Shown here one piece after another: positions 9,736 to 20,261 of a stretch of DNA of 64,000 nt. The notes under the pieces are model-generated. The model saw nothing but the letters and a program-made list of their open reading frames with translations. It was not told the origin of the DNA and ran no database searches. Source of the stretch: a virus; IMG/VR virus record IMGVR_UViG_3300045988_183062, positions 14,512-78,511 of that record; one strand, given 5' to 3'. The position numbers and the translations under genes are program-made. Numbering within the stretch: position 1 is the stretch's first letter; every line of letters begins with the position of its first letter.

Positions 9736-12444
9736 ATGTTTAGAAAGAAAAACAAACAGCAAGCTGTTCCGAATGGCGTTGTTGGGGACAGCTTGGAAAG
9801 CGTTCGTCTGACAAAGAAAGAGCGTGAAGAGATTGCCAACGCCGAACGTAAGCGTATCGACAAAGAGATGCAAGCCAATGCAGACCGGTATCAAATCGTT
9901 CGCAGTACACAACGCATCATTCCTGTTCAAGATATTTATAACGGCGTAATCATTACTAAAGACCACCGTTATGTGAAGATTCTTGAGTTTCGACCCATCA
10001 ACTTCGGTTACATGGATGCCGAGACACAGAACCGCATCATCTCACTCTTCTATCAGACTTTCAAGGCTGTTCCGGTCAACATCCAGTTCAAGACCTTCGC
10101 CCGTAAAGCAGATGTAGAGAAGACGATTGCTACAGTCACTTCCTATTATCGGGAAGAGACAAACATCAAACGCAAGCGGATGCTGAAAGCTTATATTGGG
10201 TTGCTTCGCAAGACGGCATTGTCCGTTGGCATCACGCGCCGCTTCTTTATCATCATCGAGTTTCAGCGCACCATCAGCAATGATGGCTCTAACTTTAATA
10301 TGGTTGTGGCGGACCTGAACGCAATGGCTGCCAACGTACGTTCCCACATGGAACAGTGTGGGAACATCTTTATCCCGGCGCTTGGTGACAGCAGCCGCAA
10401 CGAAGATGCCGGTATACACCAGCTGTTCTATCAGATGCTGAACCGTCGCAAGAGTGAGACGATTACGTTCCACGACCACGTTACGCCCATCATTGAACGC
10501 TATACCGAAGCGGATAAGAACGGCGTAAAGACCTCTCTGAATGCCACGGAATTGATTGCGCCCGACTGGATTGATTTTACCCATTATGACTATATTGTCA
10601 TTGATGGAAAGTTCTACACCTTCGCCTATATCCCGTCCACCGGCTATAATCAGCGTGTCTATGCTGGTTGGATTGCCACCTTCGTCAACGCTGGCGAGGG
10701 CGTTGATATGGATGTTTTCTTCGAACATCAGTCACGGGAAGCAGTCTACAACAAAATCAGTACGCAGCTTCGTTTGAGCCGTGCCAATGCAATGGATAGC
10801 CATGATACCGACTCGGATTATCATGCCCGCATGGAAAAGATTTCTTCCAGTGAATACATGCTGAAAGGTCTCTCCAGCGGTGAGGAATTCTATTACATGA
10901 GTATTCTTATCACCGTTGTTGGTGATAGTTTGGATGAGCTGGAATACAAATACAATTCCCTTGAAAAGCGCGTTAAAGGCCAGGGCATGAAGATTCGCCG
11001 TGCGAACTTTATGATGGAAGAGTGCTTTGAGTCTGCATTGCTTCCTCTTGGTAAGCTCCATAAGGACATCAAGCGCCGGGCACAGCGCAACGTACTGACC
11101 TCTGGTGTAGCATCTTGCTATCCGTTCATTTCCTTTGAAATGCAGGACCCTGATGGCGTTATGATTGGTACAAACCGTGCCAACAACTCCCTTGTCACTA
11201 TCGACATGTTCGATACAGACGTTCACGCCAATGCAAACGCTGTTATCCTCGGCTCTTCCGGTTATGGCAAGACCTTTACCGCACAGCTCTTTGCATTGCG
11301 TCTGTCTGAGATGGATACGCAAGTATTCGTCATCTCTCCGCTGAAGGGCTTGGAAGACTATGGCGGCGGATGTAAGGCGGTTGACGGTCAGTTCATCAGT
11401 ATGGACCCGTCTTCCATCAATAGCATCAACATCATGGACATCCGCGTGCCGGACGATGCGGATGCTAAAGAACTGGATGACTACGAGTCTACTGGTTCTC
11501 TGCTTACAAAGAAAATTCACACCATCAAGTCCTTCTTGCACTTGGTCGTTAAGGATATGACGCAGGAAGAGGAACAGCTTATTGATACGAGTCTTTACAG
11601 ATGCTATAAGGACTTCGGCATCACCAATGATAACGAATCGATTCTCGATAAAGAACACGGCGGTTATAAAAAGATGCCTCTGCTGGAAGACCTCCAAAAA
11701 GAGATGCAGAATGTTCCTGAACTCCATCGCATCTGCAATATCCTGAACCCGCTGATTACAGGTTCTATGGCATGCTACAACCGTCCCACGAATGTTGACC
11801 TGAAAGCAAAATACATCGTGTTTGACTTCAATGGCATGAAAGGCGCAATCCTTACAATGTCGATGTTTGTTGTTCTTGACTTTGTCTGGACCAAAATTAA
11901 AGAGGACCGTACGAAGCGCAAGGCCGTATTTATCGACGAGTGCTGGAAGCTGATTGGCACCGACTCGAACGAAATGGCAGCAGAGGACGTTGTAGAAATC
12001 TTCCGTACGATTCGTGCTTACGGTGGTTCGGCTTTCGCTATGACGCAGGACATCTCTCAGTTCTACGAGTATAAAGGCGGCAAGTATGGTAAGGCAATCA
12101 TCGGTAATGCTGACACCAAAATCATCATGCACCTTATCCCGTCTGAAGCGCAGGCATTGCAGTCGGCCATTCAGTTGACTGATGCGGAGATGGAAAATGT
12201 CTCCAACCTGCAACGTGGTCAAGGTCTGGTCTGTGCCGCTTCCGCCAAGCTGTTCGTTGACTTTGTTGCCGCACCTTATGAAAAGCAGGAAATCACGACA
12301 GATGCAAAGAGCTTCTATTTGCAAGAGAAAGCCCTCAAAGAGAAGCAGCACAGAGAAGAACAGGAACGCCTGGCTGCTGAAAACGCCAAAGGGGGGTCCG
12401 ACTCTAATAGCAATGACGAGGATTTGCTGAATGTGACATTCTGA
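9736..12444 (+). CDS. VirB4/TraE/PrgJ/TcpF-family conjugative ATPase
   Basis: Walker A ILGSSGYGKTF, Walker B AVFIDECWK, ~900 aa, follows PrgI-like gene as in Tn916/pCF10 layouts. Confidence 0.85.
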   Translation: MFRKKNKQQAVPNGVVGDSLESVRLTKKEREEIANAERKRIDKEMQANADRYQIVRSTQRIIPVQDIYNGVIITKDHRYVKILEFRPINFGYMDAETQNRIISLFYQTFKAVPVNIQFKTFARKADVEKTIATVTSYYREETNIKRKRMLKAYIGLLRKTALSVGITRRFFIIIEFQRTISNDGSNFNMVVADLNAMAANVRSHMEQCGNIFIPALGDSSRNEDAGIHQLFYQMLNRRKSETITFHDHVTPIIERYTEADKNGVKTSLNATELIAPDWIDFTHYDYIVIDGKFYTFAYIPSTGYNQRVYAGWIATFVNAGEGVDMDVFFEHQSREAVYNKISTQLRLSRANAMDSHDTDSDYHARMEKISSSEYMLKGLSSGEEFYYMSILITVVGDSLDELEYKYNSLEKRVKGQGMKIRRANFMMEECFESALLPLGKLHKDIKRRAQRNVLTSGVASCYPFISFEMQDPDGVMIGTNRANNSLVTIDMFDTDVHANANAVILGSSGYGKTFTAQLFALRLSEMDTQVFVISPLKGLEDYGGGCKAVDGQFISMDPSSINSINIMDIRVPDDADAKELDDYESTGSLLTKKIHTIKSFLHLVVKDMTQEEEQLIDTSLYRCYKDFGITNDNESILDKEHGGYKKMPLLEDLQKEMQNVPELHRICNILNPLITGSMACYNRPTNVDLKAKYIVFDFNGMKGAILTMSMFVVLDFVWTKIKEDRTKRKAVFIDECWKLIGTDSNEMAAEDVVEIFRTIRAYGGSAFAMTQDISQFYEYKGGKYGKAIIGNADTKIIMHLIPSEAQALQSAIQLTDAEMENVSNLQRGQGLVCAASAKLFVDFVAAPYEKQEITTDAKSFYLQEKALKEKQHREEQERLAAENAKGGSDSNSNDEDLLNVTF

Positions 12445-12467
12445 ACTGCAAAATATAACGATACATC

Positions 12468-12560
12468 ACCAATACCAACTGAAAACAGCACTTTTGAGAT
12501 ATGCAATGGCCCGGTACAAATAAAACGTGCTGCTTTTGTGTATCTCAAAAGTGCTTTTTC
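12468..12560 (+). terminator. Long inverted repeat (agcacttttgagata .. tatctcaaaagtgct) with T-run; end of T4SS operon
   Basis: 15-bp near-perfect arms, followed by TTTTTCTTTTT. Confidence 0.65.
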
Positions 12561-12691
12561 TTTTTGTCAAACCTCAAATTGCACATTTCTAAAAGCGCTG
12601 CATTTGAACGCTGCTATGTGTAAGATAGCACTCAACCAAACGCAAAATATGACAAATACACATTTTGCCAATACTGAAAGGAGACATTCTT

Positions 12692-13282
12692 ATGTCTGAA
12701 ATTCACAACACTGACATCCGCGAACTGCTCGATTCCATTCCGGTTATCCCTAATACGCTGATGGAAGAATATCTGACACGTCGGTACGAAATTACACCCA
12801 ACAAGGCTCGCGAAATCATCTACAACGCTTGCCGCAAAGGTTCAAACCGCCGTCCGGCCTGCTATGCTACCAATGACGGCCTTGCCAAAGCCGATTACAT
12901 TACTATGACGAGCCTGTATCGTAAGCGTTGCCGTGCATTCCGTGTTGCTTGCGAGTTCTTGCCGGAGAGCCGTCGTTTTTCGATTCCCGCCACCAGCCCT
13001 TGGTTGCTGAGCTTTTGCTTTGATAGCAGCGTCTATTATGTCTGTGAGTTTGAAAAAGGCAAGGAGCTCATTACGGCTGATATGATTCGCAACGCCGGTA
13101 TTCGCGAAGATATGATGTCCGTTACCTCTCGTATCGCTATTCTGCGCCCTGGCGCAAAGCGTGAGCTGTTGGATGGCTGCGGCATCCGCTTTTTCTGCAC
13201 GGTTGACGATGATTACAACCTCGATGTGACCGAGCAGGTTCCTGACGAGGAGGTTTGGGATGGCGTTCCCATCGTTGATTGA
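12692..13282 (+). CDS. Hypothetical protein
   Basis: RBS AAAGGAGA 8 nt before ATG; coding-like composition. Confidence 0.55.
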   Translation: MSEIHNTDIRELLDSIPVIPNTLMEEYLTRRYEITPNKAREIIYNACRKGSNRRPACYATNDGLAKADYITMTSLYRKRCRAFRVACEFLPESRRFSIPATSPWLLSFCFDSSVYYVCEFEKGKELITADMIRNAGIREDMMSVTSRIAILRPGAKRELLDGCGIRFFCTVDDDYNLDVTEQVPDEEVWDGVPIVD

Positions 13283-14033
13283 TTACAAACGATACATCGA
13301 AGAAAACAAGCCGAACGGAAAACCTGTTTCCAACCGTTCCGATTCACCATCTGAGAAGCCGGTTCTTTACCACGATACGGCAGGGTATGTAAAGAAACAC
13401 GTCCAAAATGCTTCTGCTATGATGAGCCAAATCCAAGATAATATGCCACTCAGCAAGATTTCAGCATCTATCCTGAATAGTGTTTCCATCGAACTTTTGA
13501 AGTCCGAACGCTCGATTTTAGCATCTTTCCAAGGACGAGAAAAGCCTGTTCCGTATAAAAAAGATGCTGGAATGGGTGCTATTCCAGATGATTTCTGTTC
13601 AGTATCAGCACCAAAACATGCGCTCCTGGCGGTACGCTATAAGTCGTTTTTGCCACCATTTCACTATGAGTGGTACAGCCGCAAAGCAAAAGAAAAAGAC
13701 GACGCCGGACAGTATTATTTGGATGCAGAATTCGACATTATTACCGAAGCAGCTGTGACAGAATACATCTCAAAGAATGGGCCTATCAACGTGCCATCAG
13801 GACTTGTGTATCTGGTATTTCGCAGAGGTATCCGACCAGGCGGTAAGATGCCGATAGACAACAATAACGTCTATACGGGGGCTATCACCAATGCTATCAG
13901 CCGCGTACTGCAACACGGTGATGGCTGGCAGCAAATGAGCTTCGTCTACACCGCCATAGAGGATACAGATGGGCCATATCTGGATGTGATTTTGTGCAAA
14001 AAATCAGACATCACAAGATGGATTGAAGCGTAG
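13260..14033 (+). CDS. Hypothetical protein
   Basis: RBS GGAGG 7 nt before ATG 13260, overlaps previous gene end. Confidence 0.55.
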   Translation: MAFPSLIDYKRYIEENKPNGKPVSNRSDSPSEKPVLYHDTAGYVKKHVQNASAMMSQIQDNMPLSKISASILNSVSIELLKSERSILASFQGREKPVPYKKDAGMGAIPDDFCSVSAPKHALLAVRYKSFLPPFHYEWYSRKAKEKDDAGQYYLDAEFDIITEAAVTEYISKNGPINVPSGLVYLVFRRGIRPGGKMPIDNNNVYTGAITNAISRVLQHGDGWQQMSFVYTAIEDTDGPYLDVILCKKSDITRWIEA

Positions 14034-14201
14034 CTCGGATACAACAATTTTGGGAACTGTAAAATACAACATTTTCAGGATGCTGTTTTTACGTCCCTGA
14101 AATTGTTGTATCTTTTCTTCGTTTTTAGGCGCAGTAATAGGCTTTCGGTGTATCATGTGGTACGGCATAGCGCTTCTTATATACAAATAGTAGGTGACAA
14201 A

Positions 14202-15467
14202 ATGACAAACGAGCAAAGGCTTCTGTGTTATCTCTACAGTGTGGATTCCATTCAGCGCAGACAGCTTGTGATTGCACTGTCGGATATGCCGTATCAGAGC
14301 GTTACGCTGGCAGTACGAAATGCAGTCAAGCACGGCTATGTAGAGGTATTTCGCAAGGATGAATCTAACCATCTGCGTATAACGCCAGACGGGGTAAAGT
14401 ACATCCGCTCTACGGCTCGTGATGCGCTGGATGGGCAAAAGCGAGCTACTATGAAGCGGAGGCTCAAGGGTGAAAATGGCAGGCGGCTGAACCGTATGGA
14501 AGTAGTAAGCTGCATGTGTCGAGCGGCAGGCATCAAACTCGCAAAGGAAGAACATATCCGTCTTGAAAATGTTCTGAATGCAGATGCGGATGACTACGCA
14601 AGATTCATGGACGACTACTTCTACGACAAAGGTCTGCTGTTTCTCTCTGACGAACTCTCTACAACCATCAAGGCTGAACAGACAGTTGGCGAGGAATACA
14701 CAACTGGCATGAGCCGTCTGGTAGGAGTGATAGTAAACTGCAAAGGAATCTTCTACGTTTACTGCACGCTGGACAGGTTGATGCGTTGGATTATCTCCTA
14801 TGAGCGCCGCAGAGTCGCAGCTATATCCAGGCTCTTTGAGAGCAGTGACGCAGCAAAAGCCAATGATGATTTTGCTGAAGTGTGTGCGTCTGTACCCAAA
14901 AGCGTCATCATTGGAAAGACTTGCGCCATGATTCCCAAAATCATCACAGGCAACAAGTACGGCAAGGTAGTCGAGAACGCAAGCAGAAGCACTATAACGG
15001 ATAAGCTGATGACTCTTGCGAATCTCGAACAGGTGTACGCATGCAACTACTTCGTTCCAACCAACACGCTCGGCGTAGAACTTCTCTCCAGAACAGTAAC
15101 GCTAACACGAAGCGACCTAAACAGTATGATTGAGATGTGGCTTTCAGAAATGACTGAACGATACACAACTGTTTCATCGCGAGAGTATGTAGAAGCCTAC
15201 ATCGAAGACCAAGAAGATAAGACGCTCATCTTTCCCATCATTGAGCTTGAAGAGCTTGTATTCCAAAAAGCAAGTAAAGAGCGCTATCACATTGTATGTG
15301 AAAGAGGAACGCAAGACGGAATCAGCCGAGTTATGGGCAAAAAACTCATTGACTTCAAAGATATGAACAACACGCCTATGCCTGCACACAAATATGACGA
15401 CTACGGAATCCGCCGTGATGGCATTAACCCGCTAACTCATTCTGGGTATTGGGAGGAAGAACAATGA
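14202..15467 (+). CDS. Hypothetical protein with N-terminal winged-helix-like segment (possible DNA-binding/replication-initiator-like)
   Basis: RBS AGGTGA before ATG 14202; N-terminal region resembles wHTH (LLCYLYS..QLVIALSDMPYQSVTLAVRNAVKHGYVEV). Confidence 0.5.
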   Translation: MTNEQRLLCYLYSVDSIQRRQLVIALSDMPYQSVTLAVRNAVKHGYVEVFRKDESNHLRITPDGVKYIRSTARDALDGQKRATMKRRLKGENGRRLNRMEVVSCMCRAAGIKLAKEEHIRLENVLNADADDYARFMDDYFYDKGLLFLSDELSTTIKAEQTVGEEYTTGMSRLVGVIVNCKGIFYVYCTLDRLMRWIISYERRRVAAISRLFESSDAAKANDDFAEVCASVPKSVIIGKTCAMIPKIITGNKYGKVVENASRSTITDKLMTLANLEQVYACNYFVPTNTLGVELLSRTVTLTRSDLNSMIEMWLSEMTERYTTVSSREYVEAYIEDQEDKTLIFPIIELEELVFQKASKERYHIVCERGTQDGISRVMGKKLIDFKDMNNTPMPAHKYDDYGIRRDGINPLTHSGYWEEEQ

Positions 15468-15739
15468 TAGCAATTCGAGTGTGCCCGATATGCAAGAAGA
15501 CGTTCGAGGGTAGAGTAGGCGTCCCGAAAGTCTATTGCGATGACTGCATGATAACGCAAGACCTTGCAGCAATGGACGAAGCCGTAAAGGAGTCAAGTTG
15601 GTTCTTTGACGGAGATGATGAGAAATTTGAAGAGATAGAAGACGAGAAAGACCCGATTCTCGTTCCATCACTTTTGCCGCCGCCTCCACGACAGAGTAAA
15701 GAGTCTCTTTTAAGTCTCATTCAAAAGAAGCGTAGCTGA
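15464..15739 (+). CDS. Small zinc-ribbon protein (CPICK...CDDC)
   Basis: RBS GGGAGGAAG before ATG; two CxxC pairs. Confidence 0.5.
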   Translation: MIAIRVCPICKKTFEGRVGVPKVYCDDCMITQDLAAMDEAVKESSWFFDGDDEKFEEIEDEKDPILVPSLLPPPPRQSKESLLSLIQKKRS

Positions 15740-15801
15740 TAGCGCACGTCCAAAACCTCAAAAGCAAATATTACTATTTTATGAACATCGAAGGACCACA
15801 A

Positions 15802-15830
15802 TTGAGACAATTACGAATTCGTGGTATAAT
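15802..15830 (+). promoter_or_regulatory. Sigma70-type promoter TTGAGA-17-TGgTATAAT
   Basis: Consensus -35, 17-bp spacer, extended -10. Confidence 0.6.
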
Positions 15831-15945
15831 GGCGATGAAAATAAAGAAGACGAAACACGGAAGGAGCGTAGCTGCCGAAGCGTAGCCGAAGAACTACAAA
15901 CCTCAAAGCGTAGCTCCTGACCGTAGGCACTTGAGGTTTTGAGAA

Positions 15946-16611
15946 ATGACTAAGAAGTTCATTGTTCCTTACGTAGTTGTATCGCTGGCAATGGCTGCTG
16001 CAATTAGCGTAGCCAGTAGTGATGGAGCCGTAGTTGCAAGAAGCTACTCTGGATACAACAACCAGAAGCCGAGCGTAGCTGCTGACTATACCTATCAAAC
16101 CGTAGGCATTCCCTGGAATAACACTTATGTTGAAGTGACTGCGACACAGGCGAGAGAAATCAAAGATGGCATCGTTATCTTTGCGTATCCTCGCTGCCCT
16201 TACTGCCGCAACCTGATTCCTGAACTTACCAGTATTGCCAAAGAAAAGAACCAGACCGTTTACTACTGCCAAATCGATGAGTACCGCGACATCTACGCAT
16301 ACGACGAGAATACTGGTGCTCCTGTGATGACAAAAGCAGCAGGGGAAGGGTATGATGAACTTCTCAATTGGCTGCAAGACTACCTGGCAGATTACACGAT
16401 AAGCGATAAGGATAAGAACAAGTACGAAATCGGAGAGAAGCGTATCGGCGCTCCTACCATTGTTCGCATCGAAGATGGTGAACCTGTTTCTACCTGGAAG
16501 CTAAGTTCGGTTGAAGATGTTTCGTACCCGGAGAACAAATACGACTCGTGGGATGATACTGTACGAGTTAAAGTCTCTGACTCGCTGAGAGACTACTTTG
16601 AGGAGGCATAA
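15946..16611 (+). CDS. Secreted thioredoxin-fold protein with CPYC active-site motif
   Basis: Signal-like N-terminus MTKKFIVPYVVVSLAMAAAISVASS; YPRCPYCRNLIPEL (CxxC). Confidence 0.65.
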   Translation: MTKKFIVPYVVVSLAMAAAISVASSDGAVVARSYSGYNNQKPSVAADYTYQTVGIPWNNTYVEVTATQAREIKDGIVIFAYPRCPYCRNLIPELTSIAKEKNQTVYYCQIDEYRDIYAYDENTGAPVMTKAAGEGYDELLNWLQDYLADYTISDKDKNKYEIGEKRIGAPTIVRIEDGEPVSTWKLSSVEDVSYPENKYDSWDDTVRVKVSDSLRDYFEEA

Positions 16612-16613
16612 AG

Positions 16614-16802
16614 ATGAAAGGCTTTAACATCGGATTGGTGCTGTACGTCGATTCGCAGTTTCTGGTAACGGCTTGTATTATGGCTGTTGTCTTCACGCTG
16701 ACCGGCGTGACTGAATACCTTCCCACTTGGGTTATTACGCTGTACTTCTTTGGCCTTTATGGGTTCTTTGCCTATAACGCACTCAAAGACGACGATAATT
16801 AA
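16614..16802 (+). CDS. Small membrane protein (2 predicted TM helices)
   Basis: ATG 4 nt after previous stop, hydrophobic. Confidence 0.45.
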   Translation: MKGFNIGLVLYVDSQFLVTACIMAVVFTLTGVTEYLPTWVITLYFFGLYGFFAYNALKDDDN

Positions 16803-16980
16803 AGCGTAGCCCGGCGGGTGAAACCGTAGGTGCGCGTGGAACGAACCGTAGGCAGAGGATGAAAGCATCGCTGCCAATAGCAAAGGAGCTTATGAACGAC
16901 GGAAGCGTAGCTGCCACCATGAAACTGGTTGCTGGTTGCGTAGCCGTCGTTCTTTTTCTTTTTAGGAGGCGTAACCAAAC

Positions 16981-17220
16981 ATGGTATATGAAGTGATAAG
17001 TCCGAGAGGACGCGGAACCGGAACTATCATTGGAGTTCATACGGAATCCGCACAGTGCATTGACTCTCTTGATATGCAAAAAGCGATGGTAGCAGGAGGT
17101 AGTAAAATCACCTTTGAGGGGACGACAGAAGAATATGAAGCTGTAAAGGATAAGCTGCATCCGAAGACGAAGGTGACTATTCTGAAAGAAGCCGGGAAGA
17201 AAATGAAAACGAAGAAGTAA
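16981..17220 (+). CDS. Small hypothetical protein
   Basis: RBS AGGAGG upstream; 79 aa. Confidence 0.45.
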   Translation: MVYEVISPRGRGTGTIIGVHTESAQCIDSLDMQKAMVAGGSKITFEGTTEEYEAVKDKLHPKTKVTILKEAGKKMKTKK

Positions 17221-17315
17221 GAGATAGGATGAAGCAGTTGCCTGATATAGAGCTATGAGACAACGCTTTGAAGCACACCGGAATTGGGCTGAAGTGAACA
17301 GCCGGAAAGGCAATT

Positions 17316-18074
17316 ATGACCACGAACTTTGAGAACACCTATCAGGCATTCATGCACTGCGACGTAGACAAGCTGGCTGCGGAGTTTGCAGCTATGTATC
17401 ACAGTGGCGGCGAGGAACGCGACCGGCTTACCGATGCGAAGGAAGAGGTCAATGCTGCATTCATGCGCATGAAGACACTCACCCTGAAAGTAGAGCCGGA
17501 ACAAAAACTGCTCTTCGTCTGCAAGGGCTTTGGCGATGTTGGAGATGACACCGTCTGCATCGAAGCCAATGACCTTCGCGAGTGGAAAGAGAAGCACAAA
17601 AAAGTGCCTGAAGCGGAAGCCATCAGCGATGAAATGCTTACCTTTATGAGCACCGACGACATCATGGCGGCCGTAATGAAGCAGGACCTGCCGACCCAAT
17701 ACGCCTTTGAATTTTGCAGCTGGGAAGAGATTCTCAGCTGGAAGCTGGCATCGTCCAGTATCTATATCTACGGCCTTGAGTGGTGCCTTTCCCGCGTGTT
17801 GTGGGAGATGACCTTTTTTGGCATCGAACCTGAAGGTATGGAGAACGCCAAAGCTGAAATCGACGCGAACCTTGAGGAAGCAAAGAAAGACCTCGCTGAA
17901 AACGGCGAACCCAGCAAAGGCATTCCGTTCGAGGAAGTCGTAAAGAAGCTGCTGGGCGACGACTATACCGAAGACTGGTATCCCGAAGAAGAGCAGGAGA
18001 GAGACCGGCGGAATATGGCGATTGCGGCCTACAAGGGAAACCATGAAGCAGAAAAACTGCTCGCGATGCTGTGA
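17316..18074 (+). CDS. Hypothetical acidic protein
   Basis: ORF with coding-like composition, RBS GAAAGG. Confidence 0.5.
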   Translation: MTTNFENTYQAFMHCDVDKLAAEFAAMYHSGGEERDRLTDAKEEVNAAFMRMKTLTLKVEPEQKLLFVCKGFGDVGDDTVCIEANDLREWKEKHKKVPEAEAISDEMLTFMSTDDIMAAVMKQDLPTQYAFEFCSWEEILSWKLASSSIYIYGLEWCLSRVLWEMTFFGIEPEGMENAKAEIDANLEEAKKDLAENGEPSKGIPFEEVVKKLLGDDYTEDWYPEEEQERDRRNMAIAAYKGNHEAEKLLAML

Positions 18075-18133
18075 GGCACCCGATAATCCATCCAGAACAA
18101 AATCAACGCAGAACAGAAAGGAGATGACGACGG

Positions 18134-18922
18134 ATGCTTCTTCATATTTTTGGCGATACACATGGACCGGATGAGATTTTCAAAATCAATCCGAAATGGT
18201 TCCTTAACCGTGACATCACAAAAGATGATGCGATTGTTGTTTGCGGAGACTTCGGATTCCCGTTCTTTCCGACAGACCGCATCCCGGCGGACGACCTCAA
18301 GACACTGGACATGCCGCAACACTGTATCAAGTCGGCGCGAGCGTACCAGATGTACACCGACTGGATGAAGTCTTTTCCTTGCAATATCCTCTTCATCGAT
18401 GGTAACCACGATAACCACACCTTCTGGGCAGAGCAGCCTACCGAACGGTGGAACGGTGGCATGATTCAACGCCTGCCGGAAGCACCGAATGTCATCCACC
18501 TGATGCGTGGCGAATACTACACGATTGATGGCATGACTGTATGGTGCATGGGCGGTGCAGAGTCTATCGACAAAGCATACCGTACGGAAGGCGTCACTTG
18601 GTGGAGGGAAGAAGTCCCATCTCAGAAAGAGATGTGGCACGGTCTTGATACGCTGGAATCTCACGGAAACGAAGTGGATGTTATCCTTACGCACATGCTT
18701 CCACAGATGCTCATGCCAATCTATTTCAGAGACATCAGTCCGATTCACGACCCAACGGGCGTATACCTTGATGAAATCTACCGCCGGGTGAAGTTCAAAC
18801 AATGGTATTGCGGCCACATGCACCAAGACATCGATAAACCGATGTACAAGCTCAGAGTGCTGTACAACCAGATTGCGGAAATAAACACGGACGCCTTTGG
18901 GAAAGAAGGTGATAACCAATGA
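18134..18922 (+). CDS. Calcineurin-like metallophosphoesterase
   Basis: Motifs GDTHG, GDFGFP, GNHDNH. Confidence 0.75.
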   Translation: MLLHIFGDTHGPDEIFKINPKWFLNRDITKDDAIVVCGDFGFPFFPTDRIPADDLKTLDMPQHCIKSARAYQMYTDWMKSFPCNILFIDGNHDNHTFWAEQPTERWNGGMIQRLPEAPNVIHLMRGEYYTIDGMTVWCMGGAESIDKAYRTEGVTWWREEVPSQKEMWHGLDTLESHGNEVDVILTHMLPQMLMPIYFRDISPIHDPTGVYLDEIYRRVKFKQWYCGHMHQDIDKPMYKLRVLYNQIAEINTDAFGKEGDNQ

Positions 18923-19761
18923 GCGACATCTATGTGGCAGGAGATGTGCATGGGAACTACAAAGGCCTCATCGAATCCCTCGTAGCAGCCGGATGGAATG
19001 AAGGAACCGACAAGCTCGTCTTCGTCGGTGATGTAGTAGACCGTGGAAAGGAAAACGCAAAGGTCGTCAACTTCATTACGGAACATCCAGATACAGTCCA
19101 TCTCGTTCTTGGTAACCACGAATACGAACATAGGCAGATGCTTCGATACTATAAAACACTCGCACAGTCTCTGACCGTCAGAAAGCTCGCAGCCTGGGTA
19201 TTTCTGCACTACAGACAGGGAGAGAACATCTTCAGAACAAAAGAAGAACTCGAAGCGCTCAGATGCGGCATGGAGGAGAGAAAGAATATTCTCGCCGCAA
19301 GACCTCATACATTCGCTGGGTGGCAAAAGCTCTTCATCACCTACACTCTCGCGTGGGAGAATGATGGGCTTTGGCAGATTGTCGTATACTTGCTTGACAA
19401 TATGTGTGGCACACCGTATGAAGCAGAGCATACCATCTACGAGTACCTGTCTGGTACGAAAAAGACGAGAGAGAACTTTGAAGTTATCTTCGAGAATCAG
19501 GCACAGGAACTCAACATCACACCTCTGCCTGGCTCTCGATTCAAACAAGTCGTAGTGACACACAACAATCCGTTCGGTCGAGTCTTTGATTATGATAAAG
19601 ACGAAATGCTGACCGGTCATCGGGATACGCTCTATATTTTTGGACACATCCCTCATAAAGAAATCACTCGCATGGACAGACCTAACTCCGGCTGCACATA
19701 CCTCGACATTGATACATCTCCATACGGAGTATCCGTCATTAAGCTATCTAACTATCTCTAA
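18919..19761 (+). CDS. Metallophosphoesterase of PPP/ApaH-like type
   Basis: Motifs GDVHGN, GDVVDRG, GNHE; start overlaps previous stop (ATGA). Confidence 0.75.
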   Translation: MSDIYVAGDVHGNYKGLIESLVAAGWNEGTDKLVFVGDVVDRGKENAKVVNFITEHPDTVHLVLGNHEYEHRQMLRYYKTLAQSLTVRKLAAWVFLHYRQGENIFRTKEELEALRCGMEERKNILAARPHTFAGWQKLFITYTLAWENDGLWQIVVYLLDNMCGTPYEAEHTIYEYLSGTKKTRENFEVIFENQAQELNITPLPGSRFKQVVVTHNNPFGRVFDYDKDEMLTGHRDTLYIFGHIPHKEITRMDRPNSGCTYLDIDTSPYGVSVIKLSNYL

Positions 19762-19771
19762 ATAACGATAC

Positions 19772-19815
19772 GCACGTCATAGGGGCCTACGGGCTTCTGT
19801 GACGTGCTTTTCTTG
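19772..19815 (+). terminator. Rho-independent terminator
   Basis: gcacgtcata..tgtgacgtgc hairpin followed by TTTTCTTG. Confidence 0.65.
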
Positions 19816-20232
19816 TTGTACGGGAAGAATGTCGGACTAAACGCTCGGAACCTCGTAGCAGGCAGCCTTGTGGCGCTGTGAAGGGAAACCAAAGGGAATA
19901 ATAATGCTGTGACTTACACGAATAGTTACACGCGTGTAAGCCATAGACGAATCCTGTTGCACGGCGTGTAAGTTCTCTTTGTGCTGGATGAACTACGGCA
20001 ATAGGCATGGTCCAGTACATCCGGCACGCGCTTCATAGCGTGCAAGCGCTGCCAGACATCATATCAGAGCAGCCAACCATGACACAGTTGGCAAGCAACT
20101 CTATGTGGGAGCCGAGTGCGGCGTTCACGCAAACCACAAACAGTAGAACGGAACTCGTTGTAAAAAGTGCCGGAATCAGCAAAAACTCGTCGGGAAAATG
20201 TGAAGCTTGCCGTACACGGAAAAGCGTGGCGA

Positions 20233-20261
20233 TTGATAAATACCGCAACATGTCGTATAAT
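20233..20261 (+). promoter_or_regulatory. Sigma70-type promoter TTGATA-17-TATAAT
   Basis: Consensus hexamers 46 nt upstream of ATG 20307. Confidence 0.55.
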
